A stretch of DNA of 64,000 nucleotides. It comes from an uncultured Holophagales bacterium (GTDB lineage Bacteria; Acidobacteriota; Thermoanaerobaculia; Multivoradales; UBA5704). Location of the stretch: assembly GCA_963842525.1 (NCBI GenBank), contig CAWJGT010000009.1, positions 1,824,001-1,888,000 on the forward strand, in the 5' to 3' direction. The notes beneath the pieces are model-generated. The model was not told the origin of the DNA. It saw nothing but the letters and a program-made list of their open reading frames with translations, and ran no database searches. The translations under genes and the position numbers were made by a program. Each line of letters begins with the position of its first letter. The first letter of the stretch is position 1. Positions 19,107 through 29,263 of this stretch are shown in pieces.

Positions 19107-20156
19107 TCAACGCCGACGCCGGATGACCAGCGTACCGCCTTCCAGCGTCCCCTCCAGCCCGGCTCCCGGGAGGACGGCGAACGGCGCGCGGTCCGGCCGC
19201 AGGTTGCCGATGCTGCCGTGCAGCACGATTCCTCTCGCCGAGGCCGCGAGCGCTTCGTCCGCAAAGCGGATCTGCCAGCCGGTCTCGCGCGACACCCAGG
19301 CGAGGAATTCCTGCAAGCTGCGGCCCTCGATGTCGAAGCGGGCAGAGGTCTCCAGGACCCATTCCCAGCCGGGACCGTAGGTGGCTGCCTGGTGGCGCTC
19401 CGCCGTTCCATCGGGGTGGAGGACCAGCTCCTGCCCGGCCGGTGTGCGAAAGGTGTGACCACGGTGCTCCGTGAGGACCTCGCCGTCGCGGACCCTCACG
19501 AGCAGGGCGCTTCTTTCAGACCCTACCCGGACCATGAACTGCGTGCCGATGTCCCGTGCCGTGCCCAGCGGGGTCCGGATTTCGATCGCGGGAATCGCCG
19601 AGCCCGATCGGCCCGTGTCGATGTACAGCGCTCCGCGCTCGAGCTCTACGGCGGTGGCGGAGGCGAAGCGCAGCCGGGTTCCCGCGTCAAGGCGCACGGT
19701 CGCGCCGTACGCCAGGCGTAGCAAGGCCCGTCCAGGGCTCTCGTCGCCGCCGCTCGCGAGCGTTGCACCGCTTGGAATCGGCTCGCCGGCCGAGAGCAGG
19801 CGCATCGCACCAGTTCCTTCAAGCTGGACGGAGCCGGTGGCCGCCTCCACCCAGGCGACCGTCGGTGGCACGCTGTCGCTCTGCAGAGCCCACCACACAG
19901 CGAGACCGACGGCGACGGCCAAGGCAGCCGCCAGAGGCAGCAGGAGCGCGCGGAGCGGCCGGCGCCTGATCTGCACCGGGGCCGGGGCCCTGCGCTGGAC
20001 CTGCTGCCGCCACGCGGACCGGGCTGCCGAGGAGATTGCCGCGAGGTCCTCTTCCGGGATCTGTGGGCGTGGCCCGGCGCTCTCCAGCAGCCGGCGGACG
20101 ATCTCCTCCTCTTCGGGAGGGAAAGCGCCTGCGGTCTTCTGATCTCGTTCATCCAT
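19107..20156 (-). CDS. FecR-family anti-sigma/sensor protein
   Basis: Single TM (LAAALAVAVGLAVWW), GATVRLDAGT, LERGALY, TPLGTARDIGTQF, VRDGEV; coupled to ECF sigma. Confidence 0.88.
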   Translation of the reverse strand: MDERDQKTAGAFPPEEEEIVRRLLESAGPRPQIPEEDLAAISSAARSAWRQQVQRRAPAPVQIRRRPLRALLLPLAAALAVAVGLAVWWALQSDSVPPTVAWVEAATGSVQLEGTGAMRLLSAGEPIPSGATLASGGDESPGRALLRLAYGATVRLDAGTRLRFASATAVELERGALYIDTGRSGSAIPAIEIRTPLGTARDIGTQFMVRVGSERSALLVRVRDGEVLTEHRGHTFRTPAGQELVLHPDGTAERHQAATYGPGWEWVLETSARFDIEGRSLQEFLAWVSRETGWQIRFADEALAASARGIVLHGSIGNLRPDRAPFAVLPGAGLEGTLEGGTLVIRRRR

Positions 20157-20766
20157 GGTGCGGTCCTTCGAGGCTCTCGTAAATCGTCCGGAACGCCTGT
20201 CTCGCTCGTGTGAGCAGCGACTCTGCCGCCTTGGGACGTACATCCATCCGTGCGGCGATATCCTCGACGGAGAGGCGGTCCAGGTATTTCCATTCCAGCG
20301 CGCGGGCGTAGTGCTCGGGCAGGCCGTCGAGCGCCATATGTACCAGGTGCGCTCCTTCCTGCCTCAGGAGCGCGGACTCGGGATCGCGAAGGTGTTGCGA
20401 GCCGAAGCCGGGAGCAGCTTCCACGGCTTCGTCGAGCTCGACGTCGAGCGGTACGGTCCGCTGGTGGCGAAAGTGCATGAGGATCTCGTTGCGGCAACAG
20501 GCGCACAGCCAGGTCAGAAGCGATGCCTTGCCCCGATAGGTGTCGAGCTTGGCGAGAGCTTTGGTCATGGCGATCTGCACGATCTCCCGGGTCACGTCGC
20601 GGTCGCCGCGCAGCCGGGCAAAGACGAACCGGTAGAGGGCCTTGAAGTAACGCTCGCCGAAGGCGTCGAAGGCTCTCTCCTCGCCCGCGAGCATGCGTTC
20701 GACGAGCTGTAGGTCCTCCGTGTGATCCGTCACTGGCTGCCCGAGAAGCATCGGTGATTCGCTCAT
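20149..20766 (-). CDS. ECF sigma-70 factor
   Basis: LVERMLAGEERAF, LYRFVFARL, SLLTWL, LDGLPEHYARAL..SVEDIA..LLTRAR. Confidence 0.9.
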   Translation of the reverse strand: MSESPMLLGQPVTDHTEDLQLVERMLAGEERAFDAFGERYFKALYRFVFARLRGDRDVTREIVQIAMTKALAKLDTYRGKASLLTWLCACCRNEILMHFRHQRTVPLDVELDEAVEAAPGFGSQHLRDPESALLRQEGAHLVHMALDGLPEHYARALEWKYLDRLSVEDIAARMDVRPKAAESLLTRARQAFRTIYESLEGPHHG

Positions 20767-20816
20767 GGCCGGCAGGGGCGATGATAGAGCCATGCCGGGG
20801 TGCGGACAACGGGCTC

Positions 20817-21527
20817 TCAGTCCCGCCGGAAATCGCTCAAGGTGATGTCGTTGTCCTGCACCAGCCCGACACCGGGGCAATAGACCTTGATGCTTTCGTG
20901 TCCCGGCTCGAGAGGTGAGGTTTCGACGACCTCGCCGCAGTCTTCGAAGGTCTCGCCCGCGGCGGTCACCGAGAATCCCATGCGGGCATGCCTGGCGCGG
21001 TCGAGGGCCACCCCGGGAGCGATCTCCTGGTAATAGCGCGAGCCGATCAGGAAACGGGCGGGAACGATGATGCCGGGCTGGGCGCCGGCCACTCCTGCCT
21101 GCCAGGCGCCGTCGTGGCTGACCACCTCCCCATCCTCATAGATGTCGACCGCCTCTCCGAAGTAGAAGATGTCGTTGGTTTGCACACAGCGGGCGAACCA
21201 GTTGCGCGAGATCTCGACGATCTCCCCGTCGACCCATTCCCTTTCGACGACCACCCGGGCCTGGACCGACATCGGCGCGCCGCCGGCCGGCGTAAACTTG
21301 ATCAGCTTGGTGTTGTTGGTGACGGTGATCTGGACCTTGACCTCTTCGCCGTCGTCCTCGCCCTCGAGCGTGATTTGATCGCCTGGGTGGAGGCTGAAGT
21401 ACGGGTTCTGACGGCCATCCGCGGCGAACGTGCAGCTCTCGATCGCGAAATCGGTGGTGAACTGGGCGGTGAGCGTTGCCGGAACGAGCGCCATGCTTGC
21501 CAATGCCAGACTCAGTGCAATTTTCAT
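20817..21527 (-). CDS. Secreted hypothetical protein
   Basis: AAGGAG SD, signal peptide, NPYFSL, IFYFGE, GAWQAG, YYQE, KVYCPGVGLV; GC3-biased codons. Confidence 0.78.
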   Translation of the reverse strand: MKIALSLALASMALVPATLTAQFTTDFAIESCTFAADGRQNPYFSLHPGDQITLEGEDDGEEVKVQITVTNNTKLIKFTPAGGAPMSVQARVVVEREWVDGEIVEISRNWFARCVQTNDIFYFGEAVDIYEDGEVVSHDGAWQAGVAGAQPGIIVPARFLIGSRYYQEIAPGVALDRARHARMGFSVTAAGETFEDCGEVVETSPLEPGHESIKVYCPGVGLVQDNDITLSDFRRD

Positions 21528-21656
21528 GAAGAGCTCCTTTCTCCCGAAGCGTCGTTGATTCTGCCGCCGCCGTAAAGCCGGGGCGGCTGCCGTGCCTGCC
21601 CCTCTTGGATGCACGGCGGACCAGAATCCTTCGCAAGGAGCTGTCGAGGCGATGGA

Positions 21657-21687
21657 ACCCCCTCTCCAGGCAGCGGAGAGGGGGGCT
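21657..21687. terminator. Hairpin downstream of the haloperoxidase-like gene
   Basis: CCCCCTCTCC-AGGCAGC-GGAGAGGGGG. Confidence 0.5.
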
Positions 21688-21703
21688 TGAAACAGAGAGC
21701 TTT

Positions 21704-23308
21704 TTACGGGCAGGTTGCGAACGCGGAGACGTCCTGCACGGGCGCGAAGGGCTTGCCCTGCGGGTTGAAATACTGCCGCACACGGCCGGTCTCGGTGTCG
21801 GTCACGTTGATCAGGACCTCTACATTGGTCAGGCCGCTGGCGAAGACCCAGAACCGGTCATTGAAGCTGCAGGCGTCCACCAGCTTCACGGTCAGCTCCG
21901 TGTTGTCGGAGTCGAAGAAGTAGAACTGCCCGGAGCTGTCGGTGTGCGAGCCGACCTGGGCCGGCCCCGAGGAGGTACCGGTCTTCCACTGTGCCTGGAC
22001 CTTGAAACGCCCGCCGTCGAGGCAGAGCGTCGTCGCATCGGCCGTGCAGGTGCCGGGCGCGGACACCGGCGTCAGGAAGCCGAAGAAGACGTGCTCCGCC
22101 AGGGTGCGGCCGCTCGTGAGCCCCGCCTGGTTGTCGTACTGCCAGTGGATGCCGCCGTAGACCCGGCTCTGCCCCGCCTCTTCGGCGGCTTGCGAGAAGC
22201 TGGTGAACGAGCGCGTCACGCCGGGGAGCCCGTCCGTGGTGGTCGAGAAAGAGAAGGCGTCGGTCCCGAAGAACAGCTCGAGCAGCCTGGACGACGAGCC
22301 GCTGAACGTGCTGTGGCCCGAGGTGTAGGAGGGGAACGGCGGCGTCGCGATGAGCGGCTCCCAGGCCGGGTCGGCAATCGTGTCCGGATTGCCGTCGGTG
22401 TCGGCGTGCTGAATGCCGGTGACCGGGCGCCAGTCGTTGTAGGCATATTTGGCGTCCCAGGAAACGATCGCCGCGTCGGCCACGGTGATGCCCAGCAGGG
22501 CGAACAGCCGGGCGTTTTCGAGCAGCGAGAGATGCTCCTGCTGCGAGACTCCCTGGGCGACGAGGAGCCAGTGGCCGGGCGGTGTGGCAGTGCCCGCGCC
22601 GTCGGCCCAGAACAGGGCGATCTGCGTCTGATCGGCGGTGCGACTGGTGCTGTTCTTCTCGCCGAGCCTTTTGACCTCGCGGAAGGCCGCTGTATACGCG
22701 CCGCTGGCCGACGAGGGCTTCGGCCCTACGCGGAATTGTGACCCCTTGGTCATGCACCACGGCGTCACGAGGGGCCAGTTGGGCAGCAGGGCCGGGGCCA
22801 GGGCCGGCGGTGTCGGAATCCACCAATGGGCGCCGGTGGGAGACTCATAGCTCAGCACCTGCCCTGCATGGTCGTCGGCCCGCAGGTCGAGGATCTCATC
22901 CGCCACCGCTTTGCCCCAGGAGACACCGGCGATCTTGGCCGCACCGTCGGGGAGGGCGGCGAGCGAGGTGACCAGCGCGGCATCGAAGGTGGCCTGCTGG
23001 GCCGGGAAGAGCGCCACCAGGGCCTGATGGGCCGCCGCCGCAGCAGCGGCCTCGGGCAACGCGCCGCCCGGAGGGCTCGTCGTCACGTGGAAGGGCGTGT
23101 AGCCGCCCAGGATGCCGTTGACGGCATCGAAGATGGCCACGTGGACGAGGGCCATGGCCCGGCTCGCCTTGGGCGGCGGCGTCCTGTCGGCTCGGATGGC
23201 GTTGAGCAGAACGATGTCCCAGTCGATCACCACGTCGGCGCGAGCCTGCACGGCGAGGCCGAGCAGGGCGGCGATGCAGAGTCCTACTCCGGTCAGCTTG
23301 CGCAGCAT
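21704..23308 (-). CDS. Secreted vanadium-haloperoxidase-like / PAP2 phosphatase with an extra C-terminal domain
   Basis: WDAKYAYNDWRP, TPPFPSYTSGHS, SRVYGGIHW; signal peptide; C-terminal LCLDGGRF..FWVFASGLTNV..VTDT module. Confidence 0.88.
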   Translation of the reverse strand: MLRKLTGVGLCIAALLGLAVQARADVVIDWDIVLLNAIRADRTPPPKASRAMALVHVAIFDAVNGILGGYTPFHVTTSPPGGALPEAAAAAAAHQALVALFPAQQATFDAALVTSLAALPDGAAKIAGVSWGKAVADEILDLRADDHAGQVLSYESPTGAHWWIPTPPALAPALLPNWPLVTPWCMTKGSQFRVGPKPSSASGAYTAAFREVKRLGEKNSTSRTADQTQIALFWADGAGTATPPGHWLLVAQGVSQQEHLSLLENARLFALLGITVADAAIVSWDAKYAYNDWRPVTGIQHADTDGNPDTIADPAWEPLIATPPFPSYTSGHSTFSGSSSRLLELFFGTDAFSFSTTTDGLPGVTRSFTSFSQAAEEAGQSRVYGGIHWQYDNQAGLTSGRTLAEHVFFGFLTPVSAPGTCTADATTLCLDGGRFKVQAQWKTGTSSGPAQVGSHTDSSGQFYFFDSDNTELTVKLVDACSFNDRFWVFASGLTNVEVLINVTDTETGRVRQYFNPQGKPFAPVQDVSAFATCP

Positions 23309-23509
23309 GAGTCCTCCCTTTGTCAGACGGTGGCAACCCCGTGAGGAAGTTACATTTCAGGCGTATCTTAATGAATGCCGATTGTACTAGTCCGGGACCA
23401 AGTGAAGACCCGAATCCGTAGACCCAAAATAGATCTAGACTCCCTCCAGATCCAGGACAAGTCCATAAAATAGAAGAGTAGCAGCCTTAGACCTGAGAGG
23501 AGGAATGGG

Positions 23510-24361
23510 ATGAGAAGGAAGAGCCTAGAGGGAAAGTCTCACGTCGCGTTACGCGCTGTGCTGGTCGTCGCCGTCGCCGTCGCCGGGCTCGGGGCGCCTC
23601 TTCACGCCATGGACATCAACGGCTTCCTGCCGAGCCGCGGACACGGGGACCTCGCCGTGTCGTATACCGCCGAGGGCTACGATGAGTTCTGGGTCGGCAC
23701 GACCAAGGTCTCCGATCCCGGGGTCGGCGAGGTGGACATCAACAGCTTCAGCGTCTGGCTGCAATGGGGCCTGACGGACCGCCTGGCGATCGTGGCTAAC
23801 CTTCCGTATGTCGACGCCAGCTCGGACGGTCTGGGCGGGTTCGAGGACAGCGGCCTTCAGGACCTCTCGGTCCTTCTCAAGCTCCGCTTCCTCTCGTCCG
23901 GCCCGCACAACCTGGTCGGCGCGGTGGGCGTGCGCACCGCCGCCCAGGACTACGAGGCCAACCTGCCGGTGGACCTGGGAGACAACACCACGGACGTCCT
24001 CTTGCGGCTGGTCTACCAGTTCCAGACGCAGACCTTCTACATCTCCCAGCAGGTGGGCTACGACCTGCGGAGCGACGAGGCGCCCGACGGGTTCCCTCTG
24101 TACACGGAGCTCGGTTTCACGGCGGGTCGCGTCACCTTCGGCGGCTTCTACTCCTACCTGAGCGCCGACGATGGCACCGACATCGGCGACCCGGGCTTCA
24201 CCTTCCCCAGCAACAAGGAGGAGTACTCCAGGGCGGGCGTCAAGCTCTACGCCCGCGTCACCGAAATGGTCGGCCTCTCCGCGGCCTACTTCACCACCCT
24301 GGACGGCCGCAATACGGGAGACACCGACGGCCTCTCGGCGGGGGCGGTCTTCAGCTTCTGA
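23510..24361 (+). CDS. Outer-membrane beta-barrel protein (putative transporter)
   Basis: GAGGAGG SD, signal peptide, alternating amphipathic strands, terminal aromatic VFSF. Confidence 0.75.
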   Translation: MRRKSLEGKSHVALRAVLVVAVAVAGLGAPLHAMDINGFLPSRGHGDLAVSYTAEGYDEFWVGTTKVSDPGVGEVDINSFSVWLQWGLTDRLAIVANLPYVDASSDGLGGFEDSGLQDLSVLLKLRFLSSGPHNLVGAVGVRTAAQDYEANLPVDLGDNTTDVLLRLVYQFQTQTFYISQQVGYDLRSDEAPDGFPLYTELGFTAGRVTFGGFYSYLSADDGTDIGDPGFTFPSNKEEYSRAGVKLYARVTEMVGLSAAYFTTLDGRNTGDTDGLSAGAVFSF

Positions 24362-24389
24362 AAATGTTTTTTGTCATTCTTACAGCAGA

Positions 24390-24419
24390 AACCGCGGTCT
24401 CAAGGCGCGGACCGCGGTT
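24390..24419. terminator. Hairpin between convergent genes
   Basis: AACCGCGGTC...GACCGCGGTT. Confidence 0.55.
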
Positions 24420-24448
24420 CCTCGGAGAATGGTCTGGAAGACGGAGTG

Positions 24449-25576
24449 CTACGGCCGCAGCCAGCTCGTGCCCTTGAGGCGCTCGGCAAAGGAGAAGCTC
24501 ACCTCGCTCGGGCAGCTCGCGGGGCCTTTCCAGCAGACCGTCGTGCCAGGCTCGGCGGTCCACTTCTGCTGGCCGGAGATCGGGTGGATGATCGAGACCG
24601 ACACCTCGGAGGTCACGGACGTGCAGTCGCGGTCTCCCGCGGCGGCGCAGGCCGGCAGCACCCGCAGCGTGGCGTCACCGAGCGCCCCGTCCGGCCCGAG
24701 GTCGATCAGCAGCTCCAGCGAGACGCGGTTCGTCTTCCCCTTGGCCAGCGGGAAGAGGTCGATCCGGTAGCTCGTGCGCGCTCCCGCCGACAGGGGAGAG
24801 GACTCCTCGCCGCGGTAGATGGTCGCCAGCTTGTGGAGCCGCTCGGCCTTCCTGTCCGTCCGGCGGGTGCTCCAGGCCGTGGCGCGCAGCATCCGGGAGA
24901 CGACGTTGAAGACGTGCAGGTCGGCCTTCGTGAAGGTGGTGGTCCGGCAGCGTTCCAGGAGCAACTGGAGGCCTCGTCCCGTCTTGCCGTCGGAGGTCAG
25001 CCCGCCGTCCTCAAAGCCGAGGTTGTCGATCGCCAGCAGGGTGGAGAAGTCCTCGTTTTTCAGGGGTTCCATCGTGGGATCGAGGATCACGGCCATGGCG
25101 AACGGGTCTTCGAGGCGGCTGGGGTCGGAGCTCGCCATGTCGCGGATGAGGTTGAAGGAGCTGAGCTGCGGCTTCGCCGGGTTGCGCCGCAAGCGGGTGC
25201 GGCTCGGGATCACGCTGAAGAGGAGCTGGCGGTCGGCGCCGACCACCCGGCCGGTCGTGTCCTCCTGCTCCATCAGGGCGAGCCCGGAGAGCTCGTTCGA
25301 GCCCCCCGCGTAGGTGAAGAGGAAGGTCGCCGTCTGCTCGCTGTACCCGGGTCCGAAGAGGACCGCCGAACGGCCGAAGAGGGCGTGGAGCTGGTCGGCG
25401 CTGCAATTCACCTGCTCCGCCGTAAGTGGTTGAGTCACCTGGGCTTGCGACCCAATGGGAAGAAGGAAGAGGGCGAGGCCGACGAGAAGAAGGGTTCCCG
25501 TCGAAGAACTGCGTAGGGTGGGCTGCAAGAGAACCTCCTTGGCTGTCAGGCCGGTTGCCGGCCTCGCCGCTGCCAC
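24449..25576 (-). CDS. Secreted hypothetical protein (start uncertain)
   Basis: Hydrophobic signal TLLLVGLALFLLPIGSQA, paired cysteines, coding-type codon bias. Confidence 0.65.
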   Translation of the reverse strand: MAAARPATGLTAKEVLLQPTLRSSSTGTLLLVGLALFLLPIGSQAQVTQPLTAEQVNCSADQLHALFGRSAVLFGPGYSEQTATFLFTYAGGSNELSGLALMEQEDTTGRVVGADRQLLFSVIPSRTRLRRNPAKPQLSSFNLIRDMASSDPSRLEDPFAMAVILDPTMEPLKNEDFSTLLAIDNLGFEDGGLTSDGKTGRGLQLLLERCRTTTFTKADLHVFNVVSRMLRATAWSTRRTDRKAERLHKLATIYRGEESSPLSAGARTSYRIDLFPLAKGKTNRVSLELLIDLGPDGALGDATLRVLPACAAAGDRDCTSVTSEVSVSIIHPISGQQKWTAEPGTTVCWKGPASCPSEVSFSFAERLKGTSWLRP

Positions 25577-25611
25577 CGGCCCTCAGCAAGGATCGCGCCA
25601 CCCCACCCGAA

Positions 25612-25670
25612 ACCTCACCCCCTGTCCCCCCTCTCCCATCGCCCTCCCACCGACCGGGAGAGGGGGGACG
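25612..25670. repeat. REP-like palindrome, family A (half element)
   Basis: CCTCACCCCCTGTCCCCCCTCTCCC..GGGAGAGGGGGGAC. Confidence 0.75.
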
Positions 25671-25861
25671 CGTTCATTTGAGTAAGCTGAAATGGAGGCG
25701 TTGTCCCCTCCGTCCCGCGATGCCACACCCTAAGTAGTGACCGTTGCCGCGAGGCCGCGAGGCCCGGGATCTGCCCATGGCCCGGCCCGCACGGTAGAAT
25801 CCCGCCTCCGCGGGCGCCCCGGGGGGCGCCGCAGGCAGATTCCCAGGAGAGAGGAGCGAAC

Positions 25862-26734
25862 ATGGAGATACAGACGGTCGGCGTCGTCGGCGCCGGCGTG
25901 ATGGGGTCGGGTGTGGGGCAGAACCTCGCCCAGACGGGCCACCAGGTGGTGCTGGTCGACATCTCGGACGAGATCCTCGACCATGCGCGTGAGGAGATCC
26001 GCAAGAGCCTGCGTTTCCAGGGTATGTTCCAGAAGGGCGCCCAGGGGACCAAACCGGAGAGCGCGGACGTCGTGCTCGGCCGCATCCGCTTCACCCAGAG
26101 CCTGGACGACCTGGCCGGCGTCGATTTCGTGGTCGAGAACGTGCCGGAGAAGTGGGACATCAAGAGCAAGGTCTATCCGCGGATCGACGAGATCTGCCCC
26201 CAGCACGCCGTCTTCGCAGTCAATACATCGTGTATTTCGATCACCCGCGTCGGCGGCATCACCAAGCGCCCGGACCGCGTGATCGGCATGCACTTCATGA
26301 ACCCGGTACCCTTGAAGCCCATGGTCGAGGTCATCCGCGGCTACCACACCACCGAGGAGACCATCGAGACCGCCCGCCGGTTCCTGCGCCAGATGGGCAA
26401 GGACTGCATCGTGGTCAACGACTATCCGGGCTTCGTCTCCAACCGGGTGCTCATGCTGACCATCAACGAGGCCGTGTTCGTGGTGCAGGACGGCGTCGCG
26501 ACGGCCGAGCAGGTCGACCAGCTCTTCAAGACCTGCTTCGGCCACAAGATGGGCCCCCTCGAAACCGCGGACCTGATCGGGCTGGACACCATCCTGTTTT
26601 CGATCGAGGTCCTCCACGAATCCTATAGCGACAGCAAATACCGTCCCGCTCCGCTGCTCAAGAAGATGGTCGACGCCGGCCTCCACGGGCGAAAGAACGG
26701 AAAAGGTTTTTACGACTACAGCGTCTCGCTGTGA
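25862..26734 (+). CDS. 3-hydroxyacyl-CoA dehydrogenase family (FkbK/ZmaG-like)
   Basis: [49 protein letters not shown]; context with ACP and FkbH. Confidence 0.9.
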   Translation: MEIQTVGVVGAGVMGSGVGQNLAQTGHQVVLVDISDEILDHAREEIRKSLRFQGMFQKGAQGTKPESADVVLGRIRFTQSLDDLAGVDFVVENVPEKWDIKSKVYPRIDEICPQHAVFAVNTSCISITRVGGITKRPDRVIGMHFMNPVPLKPMVEVIRGYHTTEETIETARRFLRQMGKDCIVVNDYPGFVSNRVLMLTINEAVFVVQDGVATAEQVDQLFKTCFGHKMGPLETADLIGLDTILFSIEVLHESYSDSKYRPAPLLKKMVDAGLHGRKNGKGFYDYSVSL

Positions 26735-27018
26735 ACATGGACGGACCGATCCCCATGGATGATCAGACGCAGGGCAAGATCAAGGAGTTTCTCTCCCGTT
26801 TCTTCAAGAACCACGACCTGCAGCCGGACGAGGACATCTTCGCCCTCGGCTTCGTGAACTCACTGCTCGCCATGCAGCTCGTGGCGTTCGTGGAGAAGGA
26901 GTTCGGCATCCGCGTCGAGGACGAGGACCTCGACCTCGACAACTTCCGCTCGATCCGGGCGATCTCGAACCTGATCGCCCGCAAGACCGGCGCGGCGGCG
27001 CCCGCGGCCTCGGCGTGA
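26731..27018 (+). CDS. Acyl carrier protein (FkbJ/ZmaD-like)
   Basis: [17 protein letters not shown] phosphopantetheine motif (NSL type), [10 protein letters not shown]. Confidence 0.9.
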   Translation: MNMDGPIPMDDQTQGKIKEFLSRFFKNHDLQPDEDIFALGFVNSLLAMQLVAFVEKEFGIRVEDEDLDLDNFRSIRAISNLIARKTGAAAPAASA

Positions 27019-28157
27019 ACCTGGAGCTTACCCCCGAGCAGCGGCGGTTCCGCGACGACGTCCGCGCCTTCGTGGCCGCGGAGATCGCACCGCACGCCGG
27101 CCGCTGGGACCGGGAGGAGAAGATCCCGTCCGAGCTGGTCGGCAAGCTCCGCGAGCGGGGGTGGCTCGGCTCGCTCCTGTCCGCGGAGCATGGCGGCGGC
27201 CGCACGGACATGATCACCTACGGCCTGCTGACCGAAGAGATCGCCCGCGGCTGCTCCTCCGTCCGCTCGCTCCTGACCGTGCACGACATGGTGGCCCATG
27301 CCATCGAGAAGCGGGGGAGCCGGGCGCAGAAGGAGCGCTACCTGCCGCGCATGGCCTCCGGCGAGCTGCTCGGCGCCCTGGCGCTTTCCGAGCCCAACAT
27401 CGGCAGCGATGCCAAGAGCGTCGAAACCATCGCGACCGCGACCGAGGACGGCGACTCCTGGGTGCTCGACGGCCGGAAGAAGTGGACCACCTTCGGCCAG
27501 ATCGCCGGCCTCTACCTGGTCCTTGCCCAAGTCCAAGGCAAGGGAAAGCCGGCGGCCTTCCTGGTCGAGCGGGAGACGCCGGGGCTCCGCGTCGAGCCTC
27601 TCGCAGGCATCACCGGCACCCGCGCCTCGATGCTCGCCGAGCTGTTTTTCGAAGGCTGCCGCGTCCCCCGCGGGCAGCTCATCGGCGGCGTCGACTTCGG
27701 CATGCTCGTGGTCTCGAACGCCCTAGAGCAGGGCCGCTACAGCGTGGCGTGGGGCTCGGTCGGCATCGCCCAGGCCTGCCTCGACGCCTGCCTGCGCTAC
27801 ACCCACGAGCGCCGGCAGTTCGGCGTGCCCCTGTTCGAGCACCAGCTCATCCGCGCCCTGCTCACCGACATGATCGTCGGCGTGCGTGCCGCGCGCCTGC
27901 TCTGCCTGCGGGCCGGGCACATGCGCGCGCAGGGCGGCACCGCCGGCAACGCCGAGACCATGGCCGCCAAGTACTTCGCCTCGCGGCTCGCCACCCGCGC
28001 GGCCAACGATGCCGTGCAGATCCACGGCGCCAACGGATGCAGCGAGGACTACCCGGTGTCGCGCTACCTGCGCGATTCCAAGGTCATGGAAATCATCGAG
28101 GGGAGCACGCAGATCCAACAGATCCACATCCCCACGTTCGACTTCCCCGAATTCTGA
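27015..28157 (+). CDS. Acyl-CoA/ACP dehydrogenase (FkbI/ZmaE-like)
   Basis: ALSEPNIGSDA, GRKKWTTFG, RRQFG, AVQIHGANG, MEIIEGSTQIQ. Confidence 0.9.
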   Translation: MNLELTPEQRRFRDDVRAFVAAEIAPHAGRWDREEKIPSELVGKLRERGWLGSLLSAEHGGGRTDMITYGLLTEEIARGCSSVRSLLTVHDMVAHAIEKRGSRAQKERYLPRMASGELLGALALSEPNIGSDAKSVETIATATEDGDSWVLDGRKKWTTFGQIAGLYLVLAQVQGKGKPAAFLVERETPGLRVEPLAGITGTRASMLAELFFEGCRVPRGQLIGGVDFGMLVVSNALEQGRYSVAWGSVGIAQACLDACLRYTHERRQFGVPLFEHQLIRALLTDMIVGVRAARLLCLRAGHMRAQGGTAGNAETMAAKYFASRLATRAANDAVQIHGANGCSEDYPVSRYLRDSKVMEIIEGSTQIQQIHIPTFDFPEF

Positions 28158-28171
28158 GACGGAGACACGCC

Positions 28172-29248
28172 ATGATCGATACGGCTCCAACCCTGGCCGA
28201 GCTGGACAAGAAAAAGAAAGAGAAACAGTCCATCAAGTGCGTGGTCTGGGACCTCGACAACACCGTGTGGGACGGCATCCTTCTGGAGGATGACGAGGTC
28301 ACGCTCCGCCCGCACGTCGTCGAGATCCTGAAGACCCTGGACGAGCGCGGCATCCTGCATTCGATCGCCAGCCGCAACGATCACAAGACGGCGATGGCGA
28401 AGCTGGAGGAATTCGGAATCGACGAGTACTTCCTCTACCCGCAGATCAACTGGAATTCCAAGGCTGCCTCGATCACCCAGATCGCCCAGGACATCAACAT
28501 CGGCCTCGACACCATTGCCTTCGTCGACGACCAGCCGTTCGAACGCGAGGAGGTGGCCTTCACCCACGAGAAGGTCCTCTGCATCGACTCGGCATTGCTC
28601 GACGACATGCTCGACCGGCTGGAGCTGAAACCCCGTTTCATCACCGAGGACTCGAAGATCCGCCGCAGGATGTACATGGCGGACATCGCGCGCAACCGTG
28701 AAGAAGCCGAGTTCGTCGGCCCGACCGAGGAGTTCCTCGCCACGCTCAACATGATCTTCACCATCGAGCCGGCGAAGGAAGAGGACCTGAAGCGCGCCGA
28801 GGAGCTGACCGTCCGCACCCACCAGCTCAACACCACGGGCTACACCTACTCGTACGAAGAGCTGGACGAGCTGCGCAAATCGCCAAGCCACCGGCTGCTG
28901 ATCTCCAGCCTGGAAGACCGGCACGGCACCTACGGCAAGATCGGCCTGACGCTGGTCGAATGCGAGCCGGACGTCTGGAACGTCAAGCTCCTCCTGATGT
29001 CCTGCCGCGTGATGTCGAAAGGCGTGGGGATGATCATGATCCACCACATCCTGCGCGAGGCCCAGAAAGCCGGAGTCAAGCTCCGCGCCGAATTCGTCTC
29101 CACCGACCGCAACCGCCAGATGCTGATCACCTACAAGTTCGCCGGCTTCAAAGAGATCGAGAGAAACGGCGACATCATCCTTTTCGAGAACAACTACGCG
29201 GCCGTGCAGCCTCCGCCGCCCTACGTGGATCTGCGGGTGGAGGGGTAA
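28172..29248 (+). CDS. fkbH: FkbH-like glyceryl transferase/phosphatase (HAD-IIIC)
   Basis: KCVVWDLDNTVWDG, SIASRND, FVDDQPFER, RTHQLN, LLMSCRV. Confidence 0.93.
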   Translation: MIDTAPTLAELDKKKKEKQSIKCVVWDLDNTVWDGILLEDDEVTLRPHVVEILKTLDERGILHSIASRNDHKTAMAKLEEFGIDEYFLYPQINWNSKAASITQIAQDINIGLDTIAFVDDQPFEREEVAFTHEKVLCIDSALLDDMLDRLELKPRFITEDSKIRRRMYMADIARNREEAEFVGPTEEFLATLNMIFTIEPAKEEDLKRAEELTVRTHQLNTTGYTYSYEELDELRKSPSHRLLISSLEDRHGTYGKIGLTLVECEPDVWNVKLLLMSCRVMSKGVGMIMIHHILREAQKAGVKLRAEFVSTDRNRQMLITYKFAGFKEIERNGDIILFENNYAAVQPPPPYVDLRVEG

Positions 29249-29263
29249 GAAAAACGCGGTTCC

